Shown piece by piece: positions 11,197 to 23,192 of a stretch of DNA of 64,000 nucleotides; position 1 is the stretch's first letter, and the number at the start of each line of letters is the position of its first letter. The translations under genes and the position numbers were made by a program. Origin of the DNA: Corallochytrium limacisporum Hawaii (lineage: Eukaryota > Protista > Pluriformea); assembly GCA_002811645.1 (NCBI GenBank), contig PDIP01000037.1, forward strand, positions 1 through 64,000, in the 5' to 3' direction. Under the pieces are notes generated by a model that saw nothing but the letters and a program-made list of their open reading frames with translations, searched no databases and was not told the origin of the DNA.

Positions 11197-14100
11197 TCAT
11201 GACATACTCAGGCCAGCGGCCTGCTTGCCAATCACAGCCACTTCGCAAATCGGGCAGATTTCGCCCTGGTGCTTCGGGTCAAAGTGGCACTGGCAATACG
11301 GGCACCGCACCGTGGGGGAACCCTTGTAGATCGCAACATGGTCCTTGCCGTCAATAACGAACGGATTGAGCGGCGAGTAGTTCACAGGGTTAGCGTCAGA
11401 GGGGGCTTTCTCGCAGGCAGCGAGAATCTTGCGGAACTGCTGCGCGACCTCTGGCTTCGGGCCGAGTTCCAACAGGCGCTTGGCAAAGCTGGCACAAGTC
11501 TTAAAGTTTTTAAGCTTGTAGAACAGGTTCGTAGCGGTCCGCAACGTCAAGATCAGGTGCACGGGTTGCAATTCACAGTGAGTAAAGTATGCAGCCAGCT
11601 CTGCGATGCGGCACATTTCCTGTACATTGGTCTTTGGCAGGTCCTTTCGCTCCAACTCCATCTGCAGACCGAGGATGTAATTCTGACAGACGCGAACAAG
11701 CTGTTGAGCCTCAAGCAGGGCCTGCTTAGTATGGAGACCGACCAGCATGACGCGGTGAAGAATGTCCCTGAAAGCGGTCACGGACTCCTGGAATTTGCCA
11801 GTGGTGGTGAGGTTGTACGCATGCTGCAGATTGTTAACCAAATCCTCAAGTTTGATACCGACATATGGAAGACCATTGCGAGGACCGGACTCCTGCCAGT
11901 TGCGGTGGACATATTTTACCATGGACGGGGCACCAGGCATGCCACCGACAGCAGCGCGGCTGGACGAGTAGGTGACCATGAAGAGGGGCTCCAAGGGAGC
12001 GAAGCGGCCGATACCTAACTGGGTGCTCAGAATGCTCATGGCCGAATCGAAGGAACCGGCAGCGACGTGGTCAATCGCAGAGTTCGAATTCTGGGCCCAA
12101 ATCGTCGAGTACGGGGTGCCCGGGGTCGGTGCCACAAAGACACCACCAGCACCGCCTTCCTCACCGAACTCACCAGCACCAACACCGGCGTCGGGGATGT
12201 CGGGAATGTCAAGGTCATCCAGGTCATCGTCCCAGCCTCCTCCTTCGCCACCATCCATGTCTTCAAAGGCTTCTTCGTCATCACCGCCCTCCGGTTTCTC
12301 TGCCACGTTGCCTTCATCGTCGAGGACGAGGTCATCATCACCACCCCAGGCGCCACCTGCGTCGAGGTCAAGGTCAGCACCGAGGGCTCCAGCTTCTGCA
12401 GCAGGACCGGCGCCTCCGGGATGACCAGCCACAGCCTGGCGACCTCCGGTACCGGCATTAGCGACTTCGCTGGCCTTCGGCACAGGTGCTGAGGCAAAGA
12501 ACCCTTTGGCAATGGCCAATAGGGGCCATTCTTCCTGGTTTTTGAGAATTGGGATTGGGGGCCCGATTAGAGTAGCGTTGGGCATCGGGGGTGGCAGTTC
12601 GCCGGCGTCCACATTGAGGATCTTGGCGATGCGTTCCTGATCTTCCTGCAGACCAAAGGTGGCAGCCGTAAGGTATGCTAGGGGTGCCTCACCACAGGAC
12701 GCTAGCACGCGGACACGCTCCTCCACATCACCTGTAAGGATGGCAGTGTAGAACCTACCATGGATGTCTTTCCTCATTTCTGCGACTTTCTGGAGCTTCT
12801 TGAGCTGATCAAACTGTCCGGTAAGAACGTAAAGGAAGGACAGTTTCTCGTAACTCTTCATGCGCTGGTAGCACATTTCGACCACCTTGACATTACCCTG
12901 GTTCAGAGCCATGTCGGCCAACCGATTCCAGCAAGCAGTGTCGTCGAGCACTTTGGCACTCTCCAAAGCAACCTCAATGTTGCCACACTCCAGGGCAAGG
13001 CTGAAACGGGTCTGTGGGTCCTTCACAAAGTGGAGGGCAACCTCCGGGTATCCCTTCTTCTGCAGATATGATATGATACTCTGTCCTACCAGTTTTGCGT
13101 TGCGCACCATGTACAGGACCTGATCATACTGACGATTGACCAGGGCATTCTTGAACAGATATTCCGTGGGATCGATGGCCAGCATGCGGCTCCGACCGTC
13201 GCGGTCAAGAGAGTATACTGTCGATCCTCGTACCCGGGTAATGTAGATTGGCATGTCCAGGGTACGGATGATGCCATAGTCACCGCTGCGAAGCATGTAC
13301 TTGATATGGTTCAAAGTGGTGTACACAAAAATGTCGTTCTCTTCCCAGTCACCACTCTTGACCCGAACGCTCTCGTGGACTGTCGACAACTGGTCGAGAC
13401 TCTTTCCGTCGCAGATGGTGACGGCGTGCTTGCGGAGCAAGGCAAGCATGGAGGAATCGTTGTTCCATGCCACGTATCGCACGCTGGGTACGTTAGTCTC
13501 GGCCAGAGGTTTGCGTTGCTGCACATCATAGAGCATGATGGTCTCCTCATTGCGCAAAAGAATACGGCCCGTTCCCGCACCGAAAATCTTGTCTGCGCCG
13601 GTCAGAGGAGCATTTACCTTCTTCGTCACTTCATTCTGCAAGTTCTTGATGACGATGGAACCATCCTTTTCCAATACAGCGAATCTGTTACGTGCCACCC
13701 ACACAGCTCCCAAACCGAGACCGCGGCGAGCGTCGAGGGGTTCCTCACCCTGGCTTGGATCCTTGGGCAGGATGTACAGCTCGTAGCTACCACCCTCGAT
13801 ACGGGAAGTCGCTAGCGCGGCATTCTCAGCTGGGTTATACAGCAGAGTCAGAATTGGTTGCAGAATGGCGTTCGGCATGCGGCGCATCTGCATGACACTC
13901 ATGTCCTGTTGGTTCTGGTAGTCAAAGCGGCGAATGACGCGATCTTTACAGTAGAACAGGGCGTTACCGTGCACACTAAATGCTGGGCGTTCTCGCTCCA
14001 ACTTGAAGATCATCAATCCACCGTCATGACCAGCAGCGAAGAAGTTTAGCGTCGGATGGGCAGTAATTATCCAGAAGCGATCCTGCTCCCGGCGGAAGGT

Positions 14101-15045
14101 CTGAATACAACTACGCTTGGTCATGTCCCAAACACGGATGGATTTGTCCTCACTATTCGACAGAATTAGATCCATGGTAGGATGGAACAGCACACAGCTG
14201 ACATTGTTGAAGTGGCCGCGGCAAGTGTCCACTTCCCAGGCCTTCGTTTCGCTCATGCGCCACAGTTTGACCTGACGATCATCAGCTGCGGATGCAATGA
14301 GAGGCAGAGTCGGGTGGAAGCACACCCAGTTGACTCCACGCTCGTGTCCCTCCAGCACGTGGCGCACGATGGCATCGGTGGACCCAAAGATATCCTGGTT
14401 GCCACCGCGGCCGTCCATGCCACCGCCGTTCATGCCTCCCGGACCACCAGGATAGCCAGAGCCGCCCATTCCACCACGGGCAGCCATGGCAATCATTTGC
14501 TCGGCATCAAAGCCACCAGCACCCGGCGCCACGGTTTTCTTGCGCAAACCAGTCACATCCCACACTCGAATTGACATGTCGAGAGATGCACTGACTACCA
14601 AGTCATCCCGCGGGTGGAATCGTGCGCACATGACATAGTGATTGTGGCCGGTCAGCACACAGACGCACTGACGACTCTGCCAGTTCCAGATACGAATAGT
14701 CTGATCATCACTGGCACTAAGGATCCAGGGGTACTCATGATGGAAGCACACTGTCCGAATATAGTCCAAGTGTCCCAACAGGGTGAAGATACACCGCTTC
14801 TGTTTGTAGTTCCAGACCTTGATCTTATAGTCATCACCACCGGAAACAAAGAGTGGTTGACTGGTATGGAAATCAACACCACGCACTGGACCATCATGCT
14901 CATCGAACTTGTCGATCAGGGTACCCATACGGTAATCCCATAGCTGTATCACACCAGTGTGCAGGGAGGCGAGGATCCAAGGACGACTTGGATGGAAAGC
15001 TACTCCCTTCACACGGGCACTCTTACTCTCAAATTTGACAAGCAT
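11197..15045 (-). CDS. COPA: Coatomer subunit alpha
   Basis: [24 protein letters not shown]-terminus, WD40 repeats, [18 protein letters not shown]-terminal ELAAYFTHC and CPYC...CPIC. Intronless. Confidence 0.98.
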   Translation of the reverse strand: MLVKFESKSARVKGVAFHPSRPWILASLHTGVIQLWDYRMGTLIDKFDEHDGPVRGVDFHTSQPLFVSGGDDYKIKVWNYKQKRCIFTLLGHLDYIRTVCFHHEYPWILSASDDQTIRIWNWQSRQCVCVLTGHNHYVMCARFHPRDDLVVSASLDMSIRVWDVTGLRKKTVAPGAGGFDAEQMIAMAARGGMGGSGYPGGPGGMNGGGMDGRGGNQDIFGSTDAIVRHVLEGHERGVNWVCFHPTLPLIASAADDRQVKLWRMSETKAWEVDTCRGHFNNVSCVLFHPTMDLILSNSEDKSIRVWDMTKRSCIQTFRREQDRFWIITAHPTLNFFAAGHDGGLMIFKLERERPAFSVHGNALFYCKDRVIRRFDYQNQQDMSVMQMRRMPNAILQPILTLLYNPAENAALATSRIEGGSYELYILPKDPSQGEEPLDARRGLGLGAVWVARNRFAVLEKDGSIVIKNLQNEVTKKVNAPLTGADKIFGAGTGRILLRNEETIMLYDVQQRKPLAETNVPSVRYVAWNNDSSMLALLRKHAVTICDGKSLDQLSTVHESVRVKSGDWEENDIFVYTTLNHIKYMLRSGDYGIIRTLDMPIYITRVRGSTVYSLDRDGRSRMLAIDPTEYLFKNALVNRQYDQVLYMVRNAKLVGQSIISYLQKKGYPEVALHFVKDPQTRFSLALECGNIEVALESAKVLDDTACWNRLADMALNQGNVKVVEMCYQRMKSYEKLSFLYVLTGQFDQLKKLQKVAEMRKDIHGRFYTAILTGDVEERVRVLASCGEAPLAYLTAATFGLQEDQERIAKILNVDAGELPPPMPNATLIGPPIPILKNQEEWPLLAIAKGFFASAPVPKASEVANAGTGGRQAVAGHPGGAGPAAEAGALGADLDLDAGGAWGGDDDLVLDDEGNVAEKPEGGDDEEAFEDMDGGEGGGWDDDLDDLDIPDIPDAGVGAGEFGEEGGAGGVFVAPTPGTPYSTIWAQNSNSAIDHVAAGSFDSAMSILSTQLGIGRFAPLEPLFMVTYSSSRAAVGGMPGAPSMVKYVHRNWQESGPRNGLPYVGIKLEDLVNNLQHAYNLTTTGKFQESVTAFRDILHRVMLVGLHTKQALLEAQQLVRVCQNYILGLQMELERKDLPKTNVQEMCRIAELAAYFTHCELQPVHLILTLRTATNLFYKLKNFKTCASFAKRLLELGPKPEVAQQFRKILAACEKAPSDANPVNYSPLNPFVIDGKDHVAIYKGSPTVRCPYCQCHFDPKHQGEICPICEVAVIGKQAAGLSMS

Positions 15046-15549
15046 CGTGTCACCCGCTTAAGAGCTTTTGTGTATATATTTCAAAAGATTTCCGACTAAC
15101 AACTATTTCAGTGATTGTTACCCGTTTGTTTGATCGGATCAACCGTCTATCTCAAAGCTGAAAATACATACTTTCTCCCGTTAGCTATATACAGTTGGCT
15201 TTCGTTCAGCACGGTCAATAATATTCGGAATAAAATATTTCCGATATTATGCCTTCTTAGCACTTCCAAGCTACAAGGCTGTACCTGGACGCTATACCCT
15301 TCAAAGCCAGATCGCCGACTGTTTATACAAGATCTGTTCCAACAAGGCTTGGTACATGCGAACATCTTCTGTGAAATACCAGGGGAATAAAATGTATAGG
15401 CCCAGAAACGACCATCGAAGGCACCCAGTGTACATGACGGATGAAAATCGGGTATGTATTCAAACCAAATAACGAATGATCACTGTCCAAGCTGCGACAC
15501 ATTGTCGACTGCTCCGTGCCCCTCGGACCGGTCACCTACCAAAGCAATA

Positions 15550-16140
15550 GAAAAGGGGCCGACCTCCGCCGCTCCGCTCGGCGCCACAATATCGAAGAAA
15601 CATCCGCCAAACGTTCGCGCAACAAAGGAACTCGCGGGGACCCATTTCCCATAGCAAACTTACGGTGGCTTTTTTGGCCCCTTGGTACCAGTTATTGCTT
15701 TTTTGTTTTTGCTTTTTCTTTCGCTTCGCCAACACACCAACCCCCCCCTCCTCCCTCCTTCTCCTGCTCCCCTGGTCGACAAAAACATCTTTTGCTCTTC
15801 TTTTGTTTTTATCTCTCAAGCCGGCCCGGTGATCGCTGTACATTCACGCTACAGACCGCAACCCAGCCAAATACATGCCCCCCTCCCCCTCCCTCTTTCC
15901 AATATTGTATTTTTTAGTGCGCGTACGTACGGCCCCTGCTCCACCGCCTGCACGGTACATTCAGTACCAAGTGGCCAGTTCCGCCTTTGTTTTGCCTTTC
16001 TCCCCCCTCTCACTCCTCTAACCCTCTCCCTTCCCTCCCTCTCTGTTCTCGGCCCATTCGGCCCGGTGTACCTTGGCGCTTTGCTGGGCTGGTGGCCCTC
16101 TATCGCCGTGCAGGTCTGTCTGAAAATTAACTGATAACCT
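15550..16140. promoter_or_regulatory. Promoter core: COPA leftward, probable non-coding unit rightward
   Basis: Long poly-T and poly-C tracts upstream of COPA; no plus-strand protein gene follows. Confidence 0.45.
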
Positions 16141-16198
16141 CGTTTTTTAATTAGATCCGAGAAAGACCTACCACAATGGCCGCAGCCGTGGATGCTTC

Positions 16199-16413
16199 GT
16201 CTCGGTACGTGTTTGCAGCTGAGCAGTGGTCACTGACGATTTGTTAAGAGCAACTAAGATCAGATGATGGCACTCGTGTGTTCTAGGTTGTAACTATTGG
16301 GAAGTTTTTAATTATGGTTTATCGAAGAGTGTCTCCAGAGCTCGAGTGTCGCATGCAACAACAGGCCGTCACTGATCCAACATCGTCGGTAGGCCAGGTG
16401 GCATGTCCGAGAC
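16199..16413 (+). ncRNA. Unidentified ~215-nt rod-like structured RNA inside a candidate intron (16205-16508)
   Basis: Nested helices 16199-16213/16400-16413, 16227-16240/16382-16396, 16258-16271/16365-16377, 16271-16276/16343-16348. G-U pairs form on the plus strand. Flanked by donor GTACGT, branch-like TATTAAC and CAG. Confidence 0.5.
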
Positions 16414-16863
16414 ATATGCAAGCACAGCACAGGGCAAGCCGACGAAGACAAACTTCATGAAATAAAGTTATGCCATGGTTTTTCTTGCAACTATTAACAT
16501 TATGTCAGAAGTTAAAGAGGTAAATGAGAATGATGTGAGAAATGCAAATAAAACGAAGGTTGGCCACGTCACATTGTCATTTGATGTCAAACGAAAGTCA
16601 TGGCCAAATGTCTGTAAGCGGATGTTCGCGATTGATCGCATACGGTAACAGAGACAGGACATGATGCTGGTGGTGGGTCAAAAGGAATTCATCGTTGCTG
16701 AAAATGGTACATGGATGGCTCATGTCAAACTAAGGTGTCATGAATACTTTCCATGTTTGCATTTGAAGCATGATATGTGAACACTCCTCTAATCCCATGC
16801 AATACATTCTTCTTGTCTCGTGTTCCCGCACTGTGCATAAATTAAGAATTGATACTTGCACAT

Positions 16864-17740
16864 TTAGGCGACCAGAACGCAGGCACCGCCGACGGCATTG
16901 ATCTTGCGCTCAGCCTTAGAGCTGAAGTAGCGAGCCTTGACGATCATAGGCTGCTTGGGGAGCACACCCTTGCCGAGGACCTTGAAGTAACCGGCCTTGG
17001 TGACATCAATGACAGGAACAGGCTCTCCCTTCTTGGCGTTGGCATACTTGTCCTTGGTCTCAGCAGACACCAGAGTCCAGAGCTTGTCCAAGTTGATGGT
17101 GGGCACGTAGTAGTGCTGGTTCAACTTGTGGAAGTGGCGCATACCGACCTTACCGAAGTAACCAGGATGGTACTTGTCCATGTTGATGCGATGATGGTGC
17201 TGACCACCAGCCAGACCACGACCACCGGGGTGCTTGCGGTGCTTACCGATACGACCGCGACCGGCAGAGACGTGTCCGCGCTTCTTGCGGTTAGCTTTCA
17301 GACGAGTGCAAGGCTGTAAATGTAAACAAAACAAAATTAAAGAAAACAATTGTTAGTATGACCGTTCCATGATATAACTCCCAGTGTTGATTTGGATATT
17401 GCTATCCGATTCTGAAGGGTACAGATGTATGCAAAACCGAGTCTTTCGAAGTAAAAATGGTGGTGTCGCCCAGAGCAGTCAATAACATGATAAAGATGGA
17501 AAATAGGTCATATCCAGATGCCAGCAGAATACCAGTGACCTTTCGTATCCTGTATACAGGTCCCTGTTATAAACCTACGTTCCAAGCCCCAAAACTGTTA
17601 GTTTGACGGCAGGCAGATTCTCATGCAAGCCCAGTTTTGCGTTACCAATGTACTTCCTGCTACCGCGAATCATTTATTCTTCAGCCCCAGTATGCTGTAC
17701 ATTATTCCCTACAGATGCTATACGCGTGTGTACTTACCAT
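16864..17740 (-). CDS. RPL27A: 60S ribosomal protein L27a (uL15); exon 1 = ATG only (17738-17740), exon 2 = 16864-17313
   Basis: [25 protein letters not shown]...[14 protein letters not shown]. Splicing ATG|CCT gives a 150-aa protein starting MPCTRLK. Confidence 0.96.
17314..17737 (-). other. Spliceosomal intron (424 nt) of RPL27A
   Basis: ATG|GTAAGT donor, perfect TACTAAC branch site (17358-17352), U-rich tract and TTTACAG acceptor. Confidence 0.92.
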
Positions 17741-18239
17741 TTTGAAATAATTATGTGAAGATTGATATGTTTATAACCTTAAGCGTTCTAGGTTCCGCCG
17801 CTTTGATCCTTAAGTATGTGGTCTAAAGTAGCACTAACTAGAACTGTCCTTGCATTTGTGTATCAGTTTAATAAAGCACCAGTTCCCACCAGCTACTCGA
17901 ACACAGTGAACAAGTGTTTTGAAGCATGGCCAAACAGTATTACCACACCACCAGGGCCTAAGGTAATCCATAGAGGAAGGCTTTGCCAGTGCAGAGACAA
18001 CTTGGGCAATCAACAGCAGAAGGTGACTCGACCATTGACCTAAGTCCCACGGCCTTGCTGACTTATTATCGAGCACTGCCAGGAACCCACTGTGGAGCAA
18101 GCCAGCCCTCTGGGTCCCAGAATTTATCACGATTCAGTACTGAATATATAGAGATACTTCAAGAATAGTACATTACATACGAATTTGTTGAACATGCCCC
18201 TAGCTTGGTACAAAATGTTCCAAAATGAAACCGGTTGAG

Positions 18240-18390
18240 GGGTGACAAAACCCAAGCAATTTCGAGAAAAAAGAAGATTTGCTCAGAAGCTCGTAAAATA
18301 CAGAAAAAGGGAGGGGAAGGTGATGTGTGTGTTTGTGCGAATTTTGGTTTGTGTGTGTTTTCTGATCGTTTACGGGGGCCTAATAATTTC
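18240..18390 (-). promoter_or_regulatory. RPL27A promoter core with TOP-like pyrimidine tract
   Basis: (CA)n repeats, CTTCTTTTTTCTC on the minus strand (18276-18264), AACCGGTT nearby at 18229. Confidence 0.45.
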
Positions 18391-18395
18391 GTCCC

Positions 18396-20096
18396 TTAAG
18401 TGCCACCCCCCTGACCTTGGGTAGCCAGCACCTCGTCCACATCCTGGAGAATGCCCTGTAGGTAGGTCACTCGATTGGCGAGATTTTGGGCCACCGTATC
18501 GCTTTCAATGTTATTACGGTCCTCAATGCTTAGACTGGCAATTTGACGATGTATGTTGGTAGAGGAGAGTGTGGGGTTGGTGTTCTCCTTATCTGCTCCG
18601 GTTCCTGAAAAGTGTGTGGAAGCGGAAGTGGTTCGGGGCTGGACGGTTTGTCGAAGCGGCCCACTGCGAGCCATTGCCATTTCGGTCTTCACGAGCTTGT
18701 AGTCCTTGGCGATAGCACGGTCCAAAGCATCACTCAGTTGTTTAATCGGGCTGCTAGGGCCAGATCCAGGGTTTCGCGGGATTCCTTTCGTCGGGCTGCG
18801 ATCCGCAATCTTTCCAGACGGCCTGAGTTTGGCAGGGCTGGGAGACGCGCTGTTGTCGAAGTCGATGGCATCAAAGGAATCGTCATGTGCGCCTAAGACC
18901 GGCGACGGCGGAGGACGTTGAGATTTGGTTGTCTCTGCAGCAGCCCTGCCCGGCTTCTGTGCTGCGACAGAAGGTGCCATGTTCTGCGCATGTGGCTCTG
19001 GCACCCGCGGCGCTATACCCTGGGTGAAGAATTCCGACATAATGTCCCGCACTATGCCACGCACTTTCCGTACTTCTTCGTACTGCGCCCCTGCGCTGTT
19101 GCTTGGGCTTGTTCTTCTGCCCGAGGTGTCCATTGTACTCAGGGTGCCATCAGCCTTTGGCGGCAACGTTGCGGACCCAGGTGACCTGTCTTCCACGAGA
19201 GGAGTTGGTACTTCCTGTGCTGGTGCAGTCTGCATTCGCGTTTGGTGGTGCTGCTGCTCCGCAACTTGCGGGGGCACACCGCGTCCAGAGTACACGCCCG
19301 TGTGCAACCCACCTGAGTACCGGCGTCTTACAGGGGATACCGGTTCTTCCCGTGGTTGGTAGCTGTACGATGGAATGTTCTGTGTAAGGGTAGTGGCCGT
19401 TGTGTTGATCGGTGTGCTTGGATCCGTCGCTGGTGGCTCGGGTTGAGCAGTCTTATCGGGATACGATTGCATGGGCAAGGATAAAGGCGGCTCTGCGTCT
19501 AGAGAGTCCAGGATGCGACGTCTCTGTAGCTTCTGCCGCCGTTGCTTGCGCCATTGAACCAGCGGATCATCGTCACCGCCAGGAACAAACTGTAGCCTGC
19601 GGCTCATGCCAAACGACTCACTTGATGCAGTGGGTAGCGTACCATACATTCCCGTTGTCCTGCTGGTCACGGGCATGGTAAGCCCGTGAATTATTTGTTC
19701 TTCCCCTGATTCCTGCAGGTCTGCTTCAGCTAAACCCCGACTGAGTTGCTTCTGTGCCTCAGATCGCATATCGGTGGGCTGCTCGGGTTGGGATCCTGAT
19801 GATGTTGCAGGCGCCGTCTGAGCTGCACGTGTTGCTCGGTCCTGAGCTGCCCAAAGGTTCTGTGATGCGGTTCGCCGTTCACCAGCTACTTCCTGACTCC
19901 ACCAGAAACCGCTCATTTTCGAATCTGACGGTAATGACTCCATACTGTCGGTTCCTGGAAGCATTGCATGCCCTGCATTTGAAGATATCGCTGAATCAAG
20001 TACATTCCGTTGGCCTCGCGGCAATGGAGGGTCCGAGCGAAAGCGGTCTACCAAGGTGGCAATCACCTCTCCTTTAGGGGGTGACGAGGACGTCAT
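18396..20096 (-). CDS. Pro/Ser-rich disordered protein, PROSER3-like
   Basis: Short motifs VIATLVDRFRSDPP..R, FWW and DDPLVQWRKQRR plus a C-terminal helix resemble PROSER3/C19orf55. Start taken as MTSSS (A at -3). Confidence 0.55.
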   Translation of the reverse strand: MTSSSPPKGEVIATLVDRFRSDPPLPRGQRNVLDSAISSNAGHAMLPGTDSMESLPSDSKMSGFWWSQEVAGERRTASQNLWAAQDRATRAAQTAPATSSGSQPEQPTDMRSEAQKQLSRGLAEADLQESGEEQIIHGLTMPVTSRTTGMYGTLPTASSESFGMSRRLQFVPGGDDDPLVQWRKQRRQKLQRRRILDSLDAEPPLSLPMQSYPDKTAQPEPPATDPSTPINTTATTLTQNIPSYSYQPREEPVSPVRRRYSGGLHTGVYSGRGVPPQVAEQQHHQTRMQTAPAQEVPTPLVEDRSPGSATLPPKADGTLSTMDTSGRRTSPSNSAGAQYEEVRKVRGIVRDIMSEFFTQGIAPRVPEPHAQNMAPSVAAQKPGRAAAETTKSQRPPPSPVLGAHDDSFDAIDFDNSASPSPAKLRPSGKIADRSPTKGIPRNPGSGPSSPIKQLSDALDRAIAKDYKLVKTEMAMARSGPLRQTVQPRTTSASTHFSGTGADKENTNPTLSSTNIHRQIASLSIEDRNNIESDTVAQNLANRVTYLQGILQDVDEVLATQGQGGGT

Positions 20097-20231
20097 TATG
20101 TATCTAGTGTGTTTACTATTGTATAATGTGACACACTCTTTATGTCCCGATATGTACACTACATTGTTACGAATTAACAGGCCTTCCAAGGGTGCGCATG
20201 CAGTTATTAATATCAATGTGATTCACAGTAC

Positions 20232-20262
20232 CCGGCCGTTTTCAACCGGCCGTTTTCAACCG
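20232..20262. repeat. Tandem duplication of 14-mer CCGGCCGTTTTCAA (2.2 copies)
   Basis: Directly visible perfect repeat. Confidence 0.85.
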
Positions 20263-21407
20263 ATTACAGAATGCACGGCCTAAAAGTCCGTCATCATTAT
20301 CACTATATCTACGAAATACCTTCCCTTTTGGTCTGCCCGCAGATATGCCTGTGGCTTTCTCCTTCGCGGTGGCTTGCTCTCACTCTCGCCCCTGGCAGAT
20401 CGGGCCCGCGGAGAGCCCGGCAAAAAAAAAAAGGAGGAGAGCACCGAGGGAGAGACCCACCCAGCCCCCTTGCGATGGCGCGCGTCCGTGTGTGAGGGGT
20501 TTTTGGCGGGAAAAGCCACATTCGCAAACGCACCCACAGCGGGCATAAGGAGGCAGAGGGACCGGCCAAGTGTGGGCACCGCTCCCTCCCTGTCCCACTC
20601 GTAGATTCATTGGGGATAAAAACAGGCCCCCAAACACGTTCGCGAGCGGGGACCCTTATGTTTTCCTGGTAGATTTTCTGCACCGACCACCAGTGCAGCC
20701 AATGGGGGGGCATCGAGGGGAGAACAAGGAAACCAGTCGAAACAATTGAAACACAGAATGGGTCCGTGGAAGAGAGAGGTCGCGTTCGGAGGGGCCTGAT
20801 TATATATACGGAATATTTATACATATCTCATTCGAACGCGATAATTTGTTACTCATTCTATAATATGATCAAAATATCCGCTGTATTATCATACGGAATA
20901 ATTTAAATCAAAGGCAGATGGAAAGGCAGCGAAGTGGTTCGTCGCCGTGTCTCTGACGTGGGGACCTTTCGGAGGGCAGGGTGGGGATCTGGGAGTAGGG
21001 GCGGTGTGTGCGACGCAGTGAGACCCCCTTCTGGGGGGCGCAGGGGGGAAAGGGAAATACAAGGCGAAGAGTCGGGGCTAGAACGGGGGAGGGAGAGCTG
21101 AGTTCGGGGCGCGCCGGTGCGACGGGAGGAAAGCCACATTGCAAACGTGTCCCGGCTGTGTGGGCTTCCTGGCTCTTCTTGCGGAGCTTCTTGTCCCGCT
21201 GGATGTGACTTACAAAAAGGTACATCTTTACATGATGTTTTGATCATATTCAGCCACTGGGTGCTGTGAAAGCATATTTGATAGCCCATAGACCAATAAG
21301 CGATAGCATTCTTGAGTGCTTAAAGAAGATGCGACGTACCTGAGGGATACCCTAGGTGGATAGTTGCAAACGTTCGGAACAACTTTAAGTCTTCTAGGTT
21401 CTGAGCC

Positions 21408-23090
21408 ATGGGACAACGCATTGGTCGTTTGTTTGGCCGTAAGGCGGCACCGAAGGTGGGACCGTATGATGAGGCATTGAACCTAGACCAGGAGGTGCGC
21501 AAAATTGAGGCGCAGCTTTTGGCGGTGCGGGGTAGTCAACGGCGTCTGCAGCGGTATGCTCTGACCGGTACCATTGCAATATTTGCTGTGATCTTGCCGC
21601 TCTATGTTCTCCTGATGAGCTTTAAGTATGAATTGTGGGAGGTGATAATCACACCAGACGAGATCAAGAACTGGGACGCACTGCAGTCATGGCTTGTCGG
21701 GCCCGGATTGGTATACATCGTAATCCCGGTGATGGTGATTAGTACACTAAACACCTTACAGAAAGTTGTAGCAGCTAACCAGGCCTCACAGATAGATGAA
21801 TTGAACCTTTCACTCAAATTGATAAACAGTCGGCATAGGGAGGCTGCGGCCAAACTCTGGCAGGACGAGACCATGCGGAAGATCTACGAAATGATGAAGA
21901 AATACGATCGTTCCCTGGACCGCCGCAAAGCACCAGCGAACCAGATTACTTCTCAGCAAGCCGCAGCGCGGCAACAGCAGATCTGGCAGCGCCAGCAACA
22001 GGCCATTGCAAGACAGCAACAGTATCAGTACACTCAGGCACATGTAGCAGCCATCCGCAGCCAGAGCCCAGCCTTTGGAGCCGGCACACGAATGGCACAG
22101 ACCCCGCAAGTGAAGCAATTGACACAGGGAAGTAAGGAGGATGCCAAGGGACACTACGGCACCCCCGCCACGGCCGCATTGGGAGGCAGTGACAGCACAA
22201 AGACCGCCGATGACGGAGCCCGCGTTCAATCGCATGCACACGAACCGAAGGAATCAGTGGCATCTCAGCCGGACATAGATCCCATGGCTTTTGCACGAAC
22301 CAGTCTACAACCCCCTTTCCCGCTACCTAATCGTGAGCCGCCCTCCACCCTGGATCGTATCGTGAATTGGATCACCCAGGATGGGGAATCGCATCGCTAC
22401 GCTCTAATTTGCCGGCACTGTCACGCACACAACGGTCTGGCGCTGCCGGAGGAGTTCCGGACAATTTCGTTCAAATGTTTTGCATGTTGGGGTTTCAACC
22501 CACCGCGGGATCGACCGGGCAGTCTGGGTGGTGCCGCCGGAAGTACACCAATGCCTCCATCGGCGTCATCTGCGACCGAGGCGTTTGATGATGGAGATAG
22601 CAAGCCCCAAATGATGGCTCTCGACGATGATAGCGGTAGTGACGGGGAAGGCTCAAAATTGACAGCCGCTCAGCAGGAACCCTCCGTCCGTGGACGGTTT
22701 TCTATCGATGCCAACGCCGTACGGGCGGCGCAGGACGCCGCCGAGACGACTGAGGAAATGAGTAAAGGCCAAGCGCATCCTCGCAGGAGCAGGAGTATGC
22801 AACCCATGCCCCACTCAGATGGAGACGAAGGGGGGCAACAGAAAAAGGAACCTTCCACCAAGACAGGCACAGGTATGCGGAGCGTCAGCGCAGAGCCGAA
22901 GCAGGATTCAATACGGAGCCGGAAAAGCAGAAAACGCGACCAAGGCGTCGAGGACATACAGGGGCTTGAGCCAATGAATGAGGGCAATGGAGACGGGAAC
23001 ACTGAAGACGAGGATTCACCGGGCAACCTGGACCGCTTTTCAAGCATTGAAATCAACGACGGTCGTGGACCAAAGGACGGTCCCAAGTAG
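21408..23090 (+). CDS. LNPK: ER junction protein Lunapark
   Basis: MG..RLF myristoylation-type N-terminus, two TM segments, coiled coil, LDRIVNWI and zinc ribbon ALICRHCHAHNGLA...FKCFACWGFNP. Confidence 0.93.
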   Translation: MGQRIGRLFGRKAAPKVGPYDEALNLDQEVRKIEAQLLAVRGSQRRLQRYALTGTIAIFAVILPLYVLLMSFKYELWEVIITPDEIKNWDALQSWLVGPGLVYIVIPVMVISTLNTLQKVVAANQASQIDELNLSLKLINSRHREAAAKLWQDETMRKIYEMMKKYDRSLDRRKAPANQITSQQAAARQQQIWQRQQQAIARQQQYQYTQAHVAAIRSQSPAFGAGTRMAQTPQVKQLTQGSKEDAKGHYGTPATAALGGSDSTKTADDGARVQSHAHEPKESVASQPDIDPMAFARTSLQPPFPLPNREPPSTLDRIVNWITQDGESHRYALICRHCHAHNGLALPEEFRTISFKCFACWGFNPPRDRPGSLGGAAGSTPMPPSASSATEAFDDGDSKPQMMALDDDSGSDGEGSKLTAAQQEPSVRGRFSIDANAVRAAQDAAETTEEMSKGQAHPRRSRSMQPMPHSDGDEGGQQKKEPSTKTGTGMRSVSAEPKQDSIRSRKSRKRDQGVEDIQGLEPMNEGNGDGNTEDEDSPGNLDRFSSIEINDGRGPKDGPK

Positions 23091-23192
23091 AACGTCAGAT
23101 AGCGAATAGTCGTCTAGCAGCAAATACAAAGCACTACGCTCCTTAGTTCAGTTTTAAGTAGTATACTCTTTTCATGAATCTACACAGATGGT

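Noticed and set aside
17814-17841. 28-nt plus-strand GTATGT...CACTAAC-TAG mini-intron
   Set aside because: Antisense to the RPL27A leader, with no plus-strand gene or promoter; plausible by chance.
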